Positions 18,256 to 26,674 of a stretch of 52,963 bases of DNA are shown here, piece by piece. The position numbers and the translations under genes were made by a program. The DNA comes from an uncultured Oscillospiraceae bacterium (GTDB taxonomy: Bacteria > Bacillota > Clostridia > Oscillospirales > Oscillospiraceae): contig CANRNA010000262.1 in NCBI GenBank assembly GCA_947631805.1, positions 1 to 52,963 of the forward strand, written 5' to 3'. The notes under the pieces are model-generated. The model worked only from the letters and a program-made list of their open reading frames with translations. It was not told where the DNA came from and did no database searches. Position 1 is the stretch's first letter. Every line of letters starts with the position of its first letter.

Positions 18256-18693
18256 TTATTTGTCTTCGCCGTCTTTACCGGCGGCATTTGTTGTCAGGAT
18301 GTCTATGGCCTTTGTTATGGCCGCCGGGAGGGGCAGGCCCATTAACCCGGCGTTCTCCGTGATGCTTATGACCTCATTGGCCGTAAAGCCGATTATCACC
18401 CCATCCCGGATATAACTGGAGCCTATTGCCATATCCAGCCGGGCGGCGATGAGCACTATCAAGAGGGTCATGCCCTTGCGGCAAAGCCCCTTCCACCCGG
18501 CCCGGCTCTCCAGGGCCCCGTTGGCGCTCTTTTTCGAGGCGTGGAACACCCCGGCCACGATGAAGCCGGATATGTAATCCACGGCCATACAGATGAGCAG
18601 CGTCCCGGTGGCGGCATCCCATCCGCCGAACAGGGAGGCAATAAAGCCCCCTATGGCCCCGGCGGCGGTGCATACAGCGGTTTTTATCTCCAT
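18256..18693 (-). CDS. phage holin (LL-H / TcdE-like family)
   Basis: 145-aa ORF with 3-4 TM helices. Motifs MAVDYISGFIVAG and ENAGLMGLPLP are typical of Phage_holin_4_1. Confidence 0.75.
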   Translation of the reverse strand: MEIKTAVCTAAGAIGGFIASLFGGWDAATGTLLICMAVDYISGFIVAGVFHASKKSANGALESRAGWKGLCRKGMTLLIVLIAARLDMAIGSSYIRDGVIIGFTANEVISITENAGLMGLPLPAAITKAIDILTTNAAGKDGEDK

Positions 18694-18704
18694 GCTCTCT
18701 CCTC

Positions 18705-18932
18705 CTATCCCTTTACGCCTTGCGCCCCTGCCCCCTGGGTGGGGGCACGGGGCGTGTACGGCCTAATCCCGTCATGCAGCCGGGCGGCCTCGCGGATATC
18801 CCGCACGCACGGGAGCTTATCCGCCTCCGCCACCGTGACGGCCTGGGCCAGGGCTTTATAGAGCTCTGTTATCGCCCGGGCCTGCAGCCGGATTATCTCC
18901 TCCTGGAGCTCCAATATCTCCAGGGCCGTCAT
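18705..18932 (-). CDS. hypothetical phage protein
   Basis: 75-aa ORF. Its start overlaps the upstream stop (ATGA). Confidence 0.5.
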   Translation of the reverse strand: MTALEILELQEEIIRLQARAITELYKALAQAVTVAEADKLPCVRDIREAARLHDGIRPYTPRAPTQGAGAQGVKG

Positions 18933-19024
18933 AAAAGGGCCTCCACGGCGGCCCGGTACTTTTCCGGCACCTGGGCCAGGGTCAGGCGGCCCAGCCGCAC
19001 CTGCACCGCGTAAAATACTGCCAT
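18929..19024 (-). CDS. XkdX-like small phage protein (31 aa, not in the ORF track)
   Basis: Hand translation gives MAVFYAVQVRLGRLTLAQVPEKYRAAVEALL. It fills the gap exactly and is translationally coupled on both sides. Confidence 0.45.
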   Translation of the reverse strand: MAVFYAVQVRLGRLTLAQVPEKYRAAVEALL

Positions 19025-19025
19025 A

Positions 19026-19370
19026 TCAGCTCACCCCCAAATCGCCGTACATCGTCCCGGCTATCTCCAGCATGGCCGCCTCCAAGCCCTCCACCCTCTC
19101 CAGGATGGTAGGGGCCGGGTAGACCGGCGGGGGCACGGGCGGGTCGTCAAAGAGCTCGTCAAAGCGCTCAGATACTTCCCCGGCGGTGATGGCCGCCCGG
19201 AAATACACCTCATCCGCCGCCCAGACGGTCTCCGTCTCTCCCTCGGGGCCGCCCTGCTGCTCCACCTGCCGGATATTGCGCCTCAGCCACACGTCAGCCT
19301 CGGGCCTCCCCGGGAGCTGCATATATGTGACCGCTTGGGGCCTCGCGTTGTAATATGCCTCTGTTGTCAT
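19026..19370 (-). CDS. hypothetical phage protein
   Basis: 114-aa acidic ORF with RBS GGGAGG upstream of ATG 19370. Confidence 0.6.
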   Translation of the reverse strand: MTTEAYYNARPQAVTYMQLPGRPEADVWLRRNIRQVEQQGGPEGETETVWAADEVYFRAAITAGEVSERFDELFDDPPVPPPVYPAPTILERVEGLEAAMLEIAGTMYGDLGVS

Positions 19371-20608
19371 TGTGCTTACCTCCCTTTTTTGCCGCCTCAG
19401 ATATCACGGCGGCGCATTTTGCCCACACGGGTCCCATCCAGCGGATGACCCGGCGGGAGTCTGTGTGTCTGTACCGGCCTGCCCGGGCCGCTGCCCGGTG
19501 CTTTTGGCCCGGCGTGAAATAGCCCTTGTATGCCATTACCCGGCCCGCCAGTCCCGGCGATACCGGGCCGCGGGCCGCCCGCCTTGTTGCCCGGCGGGCG
19601 CGGAGAAATATCCTGGGCCGCACCGTCATGCGGCCGCTGTCGTGGATGACGTATCCCATGGTGTCAAGGGGCGTATCCTCCCATCTGTGGATGTGCCAGC
19701 CCTCTTTGACCTCCAGGCACAGCGTGTCGCCTATGTACCGGATGAGCATCCGCGCCGCCCTGAGCACGTCCCGCCGGTTGAAGCCGGTCAGGATGATGTC
19801 ATCCATGTGCGTGACGCAGCACGTCACCAGCGGCACGGGCTTGCCCCGGCGGGCCTTATGGAGGCCCGTCACATAGCGCCAGGCGAAGGACATAAGGTAC
19901 TGGCACGCCCTCTCGGATACCAGCGCCCCGATCAGCAGCCCCTTATTGCCGTCCACCCGGTGGCTGGCAAGCAAGGTCTCCCACAGCCACAAAATATCTG
20001 TGTTGCCACAGTCCCGGCGGAAAAGCTCCAAAAAGACCTCAAGCCGGGTCGAGCCGAAAGCACTGGCGGATATCCAGCTTTACATGGTACCGCATCCGCT
20101 TGGAGTACCGCTGTCCATGGGCGGCCGCCCACCGGGCCGCCCGGTTGTCCGCCTGCTTTTTGTCTCTGAGATAGTGGGCCCCGGCCACCGTGCCGTAGCC
20201 CTTGCGGCTGGAAAACTGTTGGTCAACTATCCGCCGCCTCCATATCTCCCCACACGACTTGTCCGCGATATGGTCATAGACCTGCTGCATGGCGCTCTCC
20301 CGGCCTATCTTGCGCAGTTTGCCGCTTGAGCCGTCCACGCGCTCTTTTATCCGGGGGCGGCTCAGTCTCAGGTCCCGGCGGGAGATACCCTGCGTGGCCG
20401 CTATGGCTATGCGCATGGAGGGCCCGTCGAAGGGCTCGTCCAGGTTCTCCCGCATGGCCCGGTAGTATTCCGCCGGGTCCATCCCGCCCACGTTGATAAG
20501 CAGGCGGCGGAAGTCGTCCCTCTCTTTGTGCCGGTCTATGCACTCGCGGACCCAGGGATACACCGTTTTCGGGTCCCTTATGTTGATATGCTTACAGCTT
20601 CTTCTCAT
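19294..20608 (-). pseudogene. DGR-type reverse transcriptase, reading frame interrupted by a +1 shift near 20041-20079
   Basis: ORF 20039..20608 carries RT motifs 1-3 (GKLRKIGRESAMQQVYDHI, SSRKGYGTVAG, YHVKLDIRQCF). ORF 19294..20031 carries motifs 4-7 (LLIGALVSERACQYLMS, HMDDIILTG, LEVKEGW, MGYVIH). The second frame is open from 20079, so the two halves overlap. Confidence 0.75.
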
Positions 20609-20786
20609 TGCTGTTACTCCCTTTCTGGATAGCGCGGGACGTTCGTGCCCTCAGGACCTACCAGCCCCGCCGTGTTGCTATGCAATTTCGCCCGCAGGCC
20701 AGGGACGGCCCCAAACGGGGCCGCCTGCCGCTGTTTTCCGCGGCCGCCGTATAGCCCAATAAAAAATGATATCGCTTTATCCAGAT

Positions 20787-20892
20787 AGCCGCCGCAGGAT
20801 GTTCCAGTTCCCGTTCCCGAGGCCGTTGTTCACGTTGCCGCACGAGAGGCCCGCGTTCGTCACGCCGTTGTTCAGGTTCCCGAAGGCAAGGA
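20787..20892 (-). repeat. DGR template repeat (TR)
   Basis: 106 nt homologous to VR. It carries A (coding strand) at all 10 mismatch positions and nine AAC codons. Confidence 0.85.
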
Positions 20893-20948
20893 CGGAAAAG
20901 TTCCCGCGCTGGGCTATACGACCCTGTATCATGTTTGTAAGGTACTCA

Positions 20949-20986
20949 GGGGGCGCTGCCCCCTCTTGGCCGCTTTACGCGGCCAA
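20949..20986 (-). promoter_or_regulatory. two GC-rich hairpins just 3' of VR (target-recognition / terminator candidates)
   Basis: TTGGCCGC-5 nt-GCGGCCAA (20966-20986, with the stop codon in the loop) and GGGGGC-3 nt-GCCCCC (20949-20963). Confidence 0.4.
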
Positions 20987-22693
20987 TTCACCCCGGTTTC
21001 CGTTCGGCGAAAGCCGCCGCAGGATGCCCCAGTACCCGTTCCCGAGGCCGCCGTTCACGTTGCCGCACGAGAGGCCCGCGATCGGCACGCCGCTGCCCAG
21101 GTTCCCGAAGGCAAGGAACTCCCGCTCCGCCCGGGCCGCCCCCGCGCTCTGGTAGAGCGCGTCACGGGTCAGGGTGGTGGAGGAGCCGCCCACCATAACG
21201 GGGAACGTCACGCCCTGACGGTATCCCATCCGCTTGATATACTTCCATCCGGCGGCGCCGTCTTGCGGGCAGGCCACGCCGGACGCCTTGTATTTTGCGG
21301 TGATGGCGGTGGATTGATCTGCCGTCCGCGTCACGACCCAGGGCTCATAGGTGTACCCGGCGGCATCTGAGCCGGACAGGAGGATAATGGCGTCCCCCAA
21401 TACCTCATAGCCGCCCATCATGTACTCTATGCCCTGTAGCCTCGCCGGGTACTTGCCCGACGTGCAATTTACCGGGCTGCCGTCGTTTCCCTTTACCCCG
21501 TCCGTGGAGCCCGTAGGCCAGTGGAAAGAGCTTATCACGGTCACACCCTGGGTGGTCGTCGCCGTCCCGGCGGTGGTGTCAAAGGTATCCGCCGTGTCCA
21601 CGTATACGGCCGTATATTGGGTATTAGAAACGGTCACGGTCTCCACCTTGGTCACGATGGCCCCGGCCTGTGTGGTGATGGAGTACATGGCGGCCTGGCC
21701 GCGGTCCGCGTTGCCCGCGCTGTTGCCTATGAGCACGCCCATCCCCGGCGAGATGTTGGCCCCCTGGGCGGTTGTCACCAGCACCCGGCGCACGCCCGTC
21801 TCCCCCACCGCCGCCGGGTACTGCCAGTTGTTGGCGCTGCATCCGGCTATGAGGGTGTCCATGGTAAGAGAGGCGTATTTAATCCGCATCATGAGCTGGA
21901 GCCAGGTCAGGTCTACAACGGACATACCGCTATATTGTGCTCCATTCTTTTTGATGACACTTTGCGAGGTGTTGTGGCTCTGCCAGGCGGTGGGGATTAC
22001 CCCGGCGCAGGACGTGGCCTTGCCGTCCGCCGCGGTCCCGCTGGCGTACTTCGCCGCCAGCCGCCAGGGCCGGTGGCCGCCGCCGGGCCGGGCCGTCCCC
22101 CCCTCCATCTCAAGGGACGCGATAGGGGCGCCCGCGTGGGTGCAATAGCCCCACGTCTCCGTGGTGGCCGTCTCCGCGACATACATATAGCCGCCCATCT
22201 GCATGACGCCCACCAGCTTTGCAGGGTTGTGTCGCTCAAAGCCCGGCGTGATGCCGCATATCTGCGTTATGACCGGCTCCAGGGTGTCCCCGTCCACCTC
22301 CCAGTTGACATCCGTGGGGGCAAAAAACGGGCTGCCCGCATAGTCGTCCCGGTTCGCGGCGGTGTCGGTGCTGGGCGTACACTCCAGCTCCGCGTTGTCC
22401 CCGCCCTTTGTGCCGGTGGATACCTCAGACGTGGCCGGGAGGTAAAACTCGCTCCACCCGTGCCAGTCCGGCCGGGTGAGCTCATACCACTTATCACACA
22501 GGGCGGTGAGCTGCTTTGCATCCGCCTCCAGGGCCCCGTTGTCAACAAACCAGTCGTGCATAACACGCCGGTAGGTCTTCTCCGTCCCGTCCAGTTGGTA
22601 CAGCTCCCGGCCCATGGCCCCCCGTATCCCCTTCACCGCCGCCGTAAGCTCATCCATTTGCGCGGCGTTGGGTAAAATATTTCCGATGCTCAT
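20975..22693 (-). CDS. tail fibre / receptor-binding-like protein, DGR target
   Basis: 572-aa ORF with RBS AAGGAGGG. It sits after the BppU-like protein. The C-terminal ~35 codons form the VR, with the G/N/W-rich pattern of DGR variable regions. Confidence 0.8.
   Translation of the reverse strand: MSIGNILPNAAQMDELTAAVKGIRGAMGRELYQLDGTEKTYRRVMHDWFVDNGALEADAKQLTALCDKWYELTRPDWHGWSEFYLPATSEVSTGTKGGDNAELECTPSTDTAANRDDYAGSPFFAPTDVNWEVDGDTLEPVITQICGITPGFERHNPAKLVGVMQMGGYMYVAETATTETWGYCTHAGAPIASLEMEGGTARPGGGHRPWRLAAKYASGTAADGKATSCAGVIPTAWQSHNTSQSVIKKNGAQYSGMSVVDLTWLQLMMRIKYASLTMDTLIAGCSANNWQYPAAVGETGVRRVLVTTAQGANISPGMGVLIGNSAGNADRGQAAMYSITTQAGAIVTKVETVTVSNTQYTAVYVDTADTFDTTAGTATTTQGVTVISSFHWPTGSTDGVKGNDGSPVNCTSGKYPARLQGIEYMMGGYEVLGDAIILLSGSDAAGYTYEPWVVTRTADQSTAITAKYKASGVACPQDGAAGWKYIKRMGYRQGVTFPVMVGGSSTTLTRDALYQSAGAARAEREFLAFGNLGSGVPIAGLSCGNVNGGLGNGYWGILRRLSPNGNRGELAA
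21012..21117 (-). repeat. DGR variable repeat (VR)
   Basis: 106 nt inside the 3' end of the target CDS. The 10 differences from TR are all at TR adenines. Confidence 0.85.
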
Positions 22694-22705
22694 ACAAACC
22701 CTCCT

Positions 22706-23539
22706 TTAGGTCGTTTTTTCGTCGGACACCAGGACTAGGTGCCCAGAACGTATATACATCTTGGTGGCCCATTTTTTGCGGTCGTCATCATCCGTGATGA
22801 TAAGCGTTTCCATGCCACCCTCTACGGCCTCAGCGGCGGTATTGGCTCGGGTCGCCGCCTTATCAGCCGTCCCGGCGGCCGCGGTCGCCGCGCTGGCCGC
22901 CGTATTTGCGGCCCCGGTGGCCGTCTGGGCGTCCTTTATGGCCTTTGCCGTATCAGTCGCCCGCTTTTGTTCTGCACTCTCCCGGGCCGTTTCCGCGGTC
23001 ACTCGGGCCGCCTCAGCGGTCCCGCGCTGCTTTTCTGCGTTCGCCCGGGCGGTTTCTGCGGCGGCCCGCTCGCTCTCCGCCTTGTTCGCGGCCACAGTCG
23101 CCTCATTTGCCGCCTCTGTCGCCTCCCGGGCCTTTGCCGTGGCCTCCAGCATGGTGCCCAGCTCGTCAGAGCTGGCAAGCCCATCCCCCACCGGGGCGGC
23201 CTCCACATATAAGTCGAAAACGGCGTTAGACAGCACCGCGCTGCCCTTTGCCAGATACACGTCCGCCTGGCAGCGGCCCGGCCAGGCCACCGCCTGGGCG
23301 CTCAGCGGGGCTGTAATGGTCCCGTCCTTTTCGATGGTCACAGGATAGTCAACGCTGTGGCCGTCGCCCTTTTTGACCCGGAGGGCGGCAACAGCGCCGC
23401 TCTCCGGGGTGAGCTTGACGCCAGAGGCGGTCAGCGTGATCTTAAGCACCCGGGCGGTGTCGCCCTGCTTTGCAAAGACGGTCACCCGCTTGCCTCTATC
23501 GTTGTACACATCCAGCGTGATGCTCTTGCTGTATTCCAT
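22706..23539 (-). CDS. BppU-N-like baseplate/fibre protein with coiled-coil
   Basis: ATG 23539 (MEYSKSITLDVY) lies 7 nt after GGAGG. The N-terminal domain resembles BppU_N. The centre is an Ala/Glu-rich coiled coil (EATEAANEATVAANKAESERAAAETARANAEKQ). Confidence 0.65.
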   Translation of the reverse strand: MEYSKSITLDVYNDRGKRVTVFAKQGDTARVLKITLTASGVKLTPESGAVAALRVKKGDGHSVDYPVTIEKDGTITAPLSAQAVAWPGRCQADVYLAKGSAVLSNAVFDLYVEAAPVGDGLASSDELGTMLEATAKAREATEAANEATVAANKAESERAAAETARANAEKQRGTAEAARVTAETARESAEQKRATDTAKAIKDAQTATGAANTAASAATAAAGTADKAATRANTAAEAVEGGMETLIITDDDDRKKWATKMYIRSGHLVLVSDEKTT

Positions 23540-23577
23540 GGGGGTCACCTCCTCTATCCGCCTGGGCCCCGGCAGGC

Positions 23578-23805
23578 TCAGTAAAGGTCGTAGAGCTTAG
23601 GGCCGCCGATGGCGCCCACATACCACACACCGCCCTCAGGGTCGTAGACGGCGGGGACGCCGTAGAAATCCCGTAAGCCCTGGCCCAGCTCTCTGTTCTC
23701 CCGCTCCATATCCTCCCGGGATTCTTGGTCATTATGCCAGGCGGCGGAGTTTGCCTTCATTTCGTGCACAATGATGGCCACTCGCAAAAGGTTATAAATT
23801 TCCAT
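23578..23805 (-). CDS. hypothetical phage protein
   Basis: 75-aa ORF with a GGAGG RBS, preceded by an AT-rich intergenic region. Confidence 0.5.
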   Translation of the reverse strand: MEIYNLLRVAIIVHEMKANSAAWHNDQESREDMERENRELGQGLRDFYGVPAVYDPEGGVWYVGAIGGPKLYDLY

Positions 23806-23876
23806 TTTTATGCCTCCAAAAATTAAAAATTTATTTCGCGTTTATCTCTTGAAATCGAAACGATTTTCGCGGGATA

Positions 23877-26006
23877 TTATCCGCTCCCCTTATTGGCCAG
23901 CACCCAATATCCGCTAATGTATACCCAGTCACAGTCCGTCAAATTATAAAAATATCCGTTTTGGAGCTTGACGCGGAGGTCGGACATTGAGGCGGCGCCA
24001 TGAAATGACACCTCTTTATAGACGTCAGCCGGGATGTCCGGGGTCGGTGTCGGGATATCAATATCAAGCCCTGACACATCGGCCCCGGAAAAGTCCCAGT
24101 TGCCCCGGGGGTATGTCGTCTTCCCGGCCTCGTTGATGTACAGCGGGTCCCCCTGCAAAAATACATTTGTGGCGGCCTCGTTACCAAACCATATCTGCCC
24201 GCCATTATTGAGGATAGCTCGGCTGTTTCCGACAAATAAACCACCACCAACATTGACATTTCCTTCTGCGGAGATATTTCCATGCCCGTCACCTGGCTCC
24301 GCCTCTTTGACATTAAGGGCTCCTAATATCTCAAAGCTATGCCTAACCATATTCCAGGAATAAAGGTTGGTTACCTGGCCACGCATGCCTTCGCTCGTCA
24401 CGAGGATGTACGGCGGGTTTGCGCGGCCTGTGTTATCAACTCCATTGCCATAGACCACAATACCCTTTGTGGTCACACCATTGGGCAGTAGCCCGTATCC
24501 CTCCATGATGCCGCATATCGTTCCGGCCAATTTGAGCTTTTTAAGGTCGATCATGCCGGTCTTTATCCAGTCAGCATTAAGGCCCTCAGTCTCGATAATG
24601 TGCATTATCGTCTCGCCGTCAATGGTAAAGCCATAGGGATAGGTCGCGCCGCCGTCGGTAGAAAAGCCGATTGCCTCCGCCGTGAGTTTCATGACCAGAG
24701 TGGAGTCCTCCATGGTCTTTTTGTCGTGCAGGTAGTAAATAACGGATTCGTCGGGCTGTGGCTCGCGGGTGCAGTAGAAACCAGGCGCTTGCGAGATGGC
24801 GTCGCTAAAGTGTTTGGACGCCGCCCGGACGGCGGATTGGGTCCTTTGCTCCGCTGCCACCTGAGCCGCCCGAAATTGGGCTGTAAATTTGGCAGAGGTG
24901 GTGTTGAGGTTGATGGTGGTGGAGGCTGGGTCCAGGATATTGGGCGACATCTCCAACAGAGGGTAGGCGGCGGAAATGCCATGGGGGGCGCTCTCCACGC
25001 GGACGTACTGCCCCACCCGGAAATGAGGGGTCACGCCGTCCACGCCATGGAGATCGCAAGCCCGGACGCTGATAGATTCCGGGAGAATGACGCCCGAGGT
25101 CAGTTGGGTGGCGGCTTTTGTCTGGAGGTTTTTGGCCAGGGTCACATCGTCCCACGTGGTCACGCGGGTGATGCGGCTCCCGTACCTCGCCTCAGCCGCC
25201 GGGTCAAAGATGATTTTCCCGGCCTTCTGCAGGCCCCCCTCCAGGGGGCCGTCTGGCAGCTCTGCCAGGGTCAGGCCGTCCGCGCCCACGGGGAGGATGG
25301 CGGTATAGAGGTCTTCCCCCGTGCCTTTGATGACGATATCCAGCAGATTTTCGGCAAATCGGACCCGCTGCGCATTTGTGCGCGGCAGCTCCGCCAGATA
25401 GTCCAAGTAGTTGCCGTCATCCTCATAGCGCATAATCAGATAGCCGCCCAGGGCAGAGCCCACCAGCTTGTCGCTGATGGTCTCCCAAGTGCTGCTATAG
25501 TTGCTGTTTTCGCGGGTGATGTAGTTGTTGGGGTCTTTGACCGTGACGGTCCCTAGCCTGATATGATGGTCGGGTGATACCTGGGCGTTATGCTTATCCA
25601 GCAGCCGGGCCAGCCACCAGGCCACCAGGTTGCCGGATGGGTCAGCGGCAGCCTGATAGCCGGGCAGGGCGGTGAAATCGTCGGGGAACGCATACGGGTC
25701 CACTATGCTGTCGTTGAGATAGGCCAGGGCCCCTTCGGCGGTGTATTTTTTGGCCCCGTAAAATGTGGCCTCATCATTGAGGATGCGGCCACGGAAAATG
25801 GTGCCGTTGTCATCCTCCAGCACCAGGGTACCGCGCATACGGGTGATTTTCCCGGCCAGGGGGTGGTTGGGATAAATGGAAAACGACACAGACCCGGCGG
25901 AATTGACGGCCAGGGTGACCGCCGGGTCGGCTATGATGAGTTTGTCGGTCTCATTGGTCCCCCGGGGGTCATAGACGGGCTGGCCGTCAAAGCTGAGCTT
26001 ATACAT
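23877..26006 (-). CDS. tail-associated protein (Tal, prophage tail endopeptidase-like)
   Basis: 709-aa ORF directly after Dit, with a one-base TAATG overlap. The N-terminus (MYKLSFDGQPVYDPRG..) is typical of siphovirus Tal proteins. Confidence 0.75.
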   Translation of the reverse strand: MYKLSFDGQPVYDPRGTNETDKLIIADPAVTLAVNSAGSVSFSIYPNHPLAGKITRMRGTLVLEDDNGTIFRGRILNDEATFYGAKKYTAEGALAYLNDSIVDPYAFPDDFTALPGYQAAADPSGNLVAWWLARLLDKHNAQVSPDHHIRLGTVTVKDPNNYITRENSNYSSTWETISDKLVGSALGGYLIMRYEDDGNYLDYLAELPRTNAQRVRFAENLLDIVIKGTGEDLYTAILPVGADGLTLAELPDGPLEGGLQKAGKIIFDPAAEARYGSRITRVTTWDDVTLAKNLQTKAATQLTSGVILPESISVRACDLHGVDGVTPHFRVGQYVRVESAPHGISAAYPLLEMSPNILDPASTTINLNTTSAKFTAQFRAAQVAAEQRTQSAVRAASKHFSDAISQAPGFYCTREPQPDESVIYYLHDKKTMEDSTLVMKLTAEAIGFSTDGGATYPYGFTIDGETIMHIIETEGLNADWIKTGMIDLKKLKLAGTICGIMEGYGLLPNGVTTKGIVVYGNGVDNTGRANPPYILVTSEGMRGQVTNLYSWNMVRHSFEILGALNVKEAEPGDGHGNISAEGNVNVGGGLFVGNSRAILNNGGQIWFGNEAATNVFLQGDPLYINEAGKTTYPRGNWDFSGADVSGLDIDIPTPTPDIPADVYKEVSFHGAASMSDLRVKLQNGYFYNLTDCDWVYISGYWVLANKGSG

Positions 26007-26674
26007 TACAGTCGTGCCTCTTGGTAGGTAATAGTGATTTGCCCCGTCCCGGCGGCCGCCAGGGCGGCCTCGACGGTGTTTTCCCCCGGCTCCAGCCGGA
26101 TGTCCAAGTCGCGGAAAGTCTGGCCGGGCTGGAGGGTGTAAACCTTTTCCCGCCAGCGTACACGGGTCGTGGCGGTGACGGTGATGGTGGGTACTACGCG
26201 GCGGCGCTCGTTCTCCAGGTACAGGGCCGTGAAGTCTGTGCCGTTCAGGGTAGCCTCCACGGTGGTGGGCTCGTTTTTGTAGCGCCAGGGGTCGGCCGTG
26301 GGCATGGAAAAAGGGATACGCCCGCGGGCGTCGTCGGAAAGCTCCCCTATTTGGAGCACCCCGCTATAATGGTGAAAAACGTCGGAGGGAAGTCCAAGCG
26401 TCACGCGCTGGCCGTGGTACATATCCGCCAGCATGGCCCTCAGATATTCCACGGACCGGGGCCCGGCTCGCCGGAAAAGCGTGCCGGACACGGACCTGGT
26501 ATCATAGACGGGCTCGCCGGTCAACGTTTCGCTGAGGTCCAGCACCCCGTCCATACCGGGGACCGGCACAAGGTTTTCTTTTCGGGCGGGCGGCGTCTCC
26601 ACAAGGTCAGACAACAGGATAAGGCCCCATTGCTCCAGCGTGTCCACGCCGTTGATGGTGATGCCGTATAGCAT
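26006..26674 (-). CDS. distal tail protein (Dit)
   Basis: 222-aa ORF between the tape measure protein (TMP) and Tal. N-terminus MLYGITINGVDTLEQWGL is typical of the Sipho_tail family. Confidence 0.75.
   Translation of the reverse strand: MLYGITINGVDTLEQWGLILLSDLVETPPARKENLVPVPGMDGVLDLSETLTGEPVYDTRSVSGTLFRRAGPRSVEYLRAMLADMYHGQRVTLGLPSDVFHHYSGVLQIGELSDDARGRIPFSMPTADPWRYKNEPTTVEATLNGTDFTALYLENERRRVVPTITVTATTRVRWREKVYTLQPGQTFRDLDIRLEPGENTVEAALAAAGTGQITITYQEARL

Noticed and set aside
20777-20932. 51-codon ORF containing the TR, considered as a second paralogous fibre-tip gene or a shufflon-type cassette.
   Set aside because: It has no RBS. It is homologous only to the VR segment. The mismatch pattern is strictly adenine-specific, which fits a DGR template and not a recombination cassette.
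21420-22675. Plus-strand ORFs 21420..22148 and 21521..22675 inside the DGR target gene. Similar cases are 26773..28230 in the tape measure gene, 31706..32629 in the capsid gene and 32977..34275 in the terminase gene.
   Set aside because: They are antisense shadows of well-supported phage structural genes. They have no start context, and their composition is Arg/Gly/His-rich.
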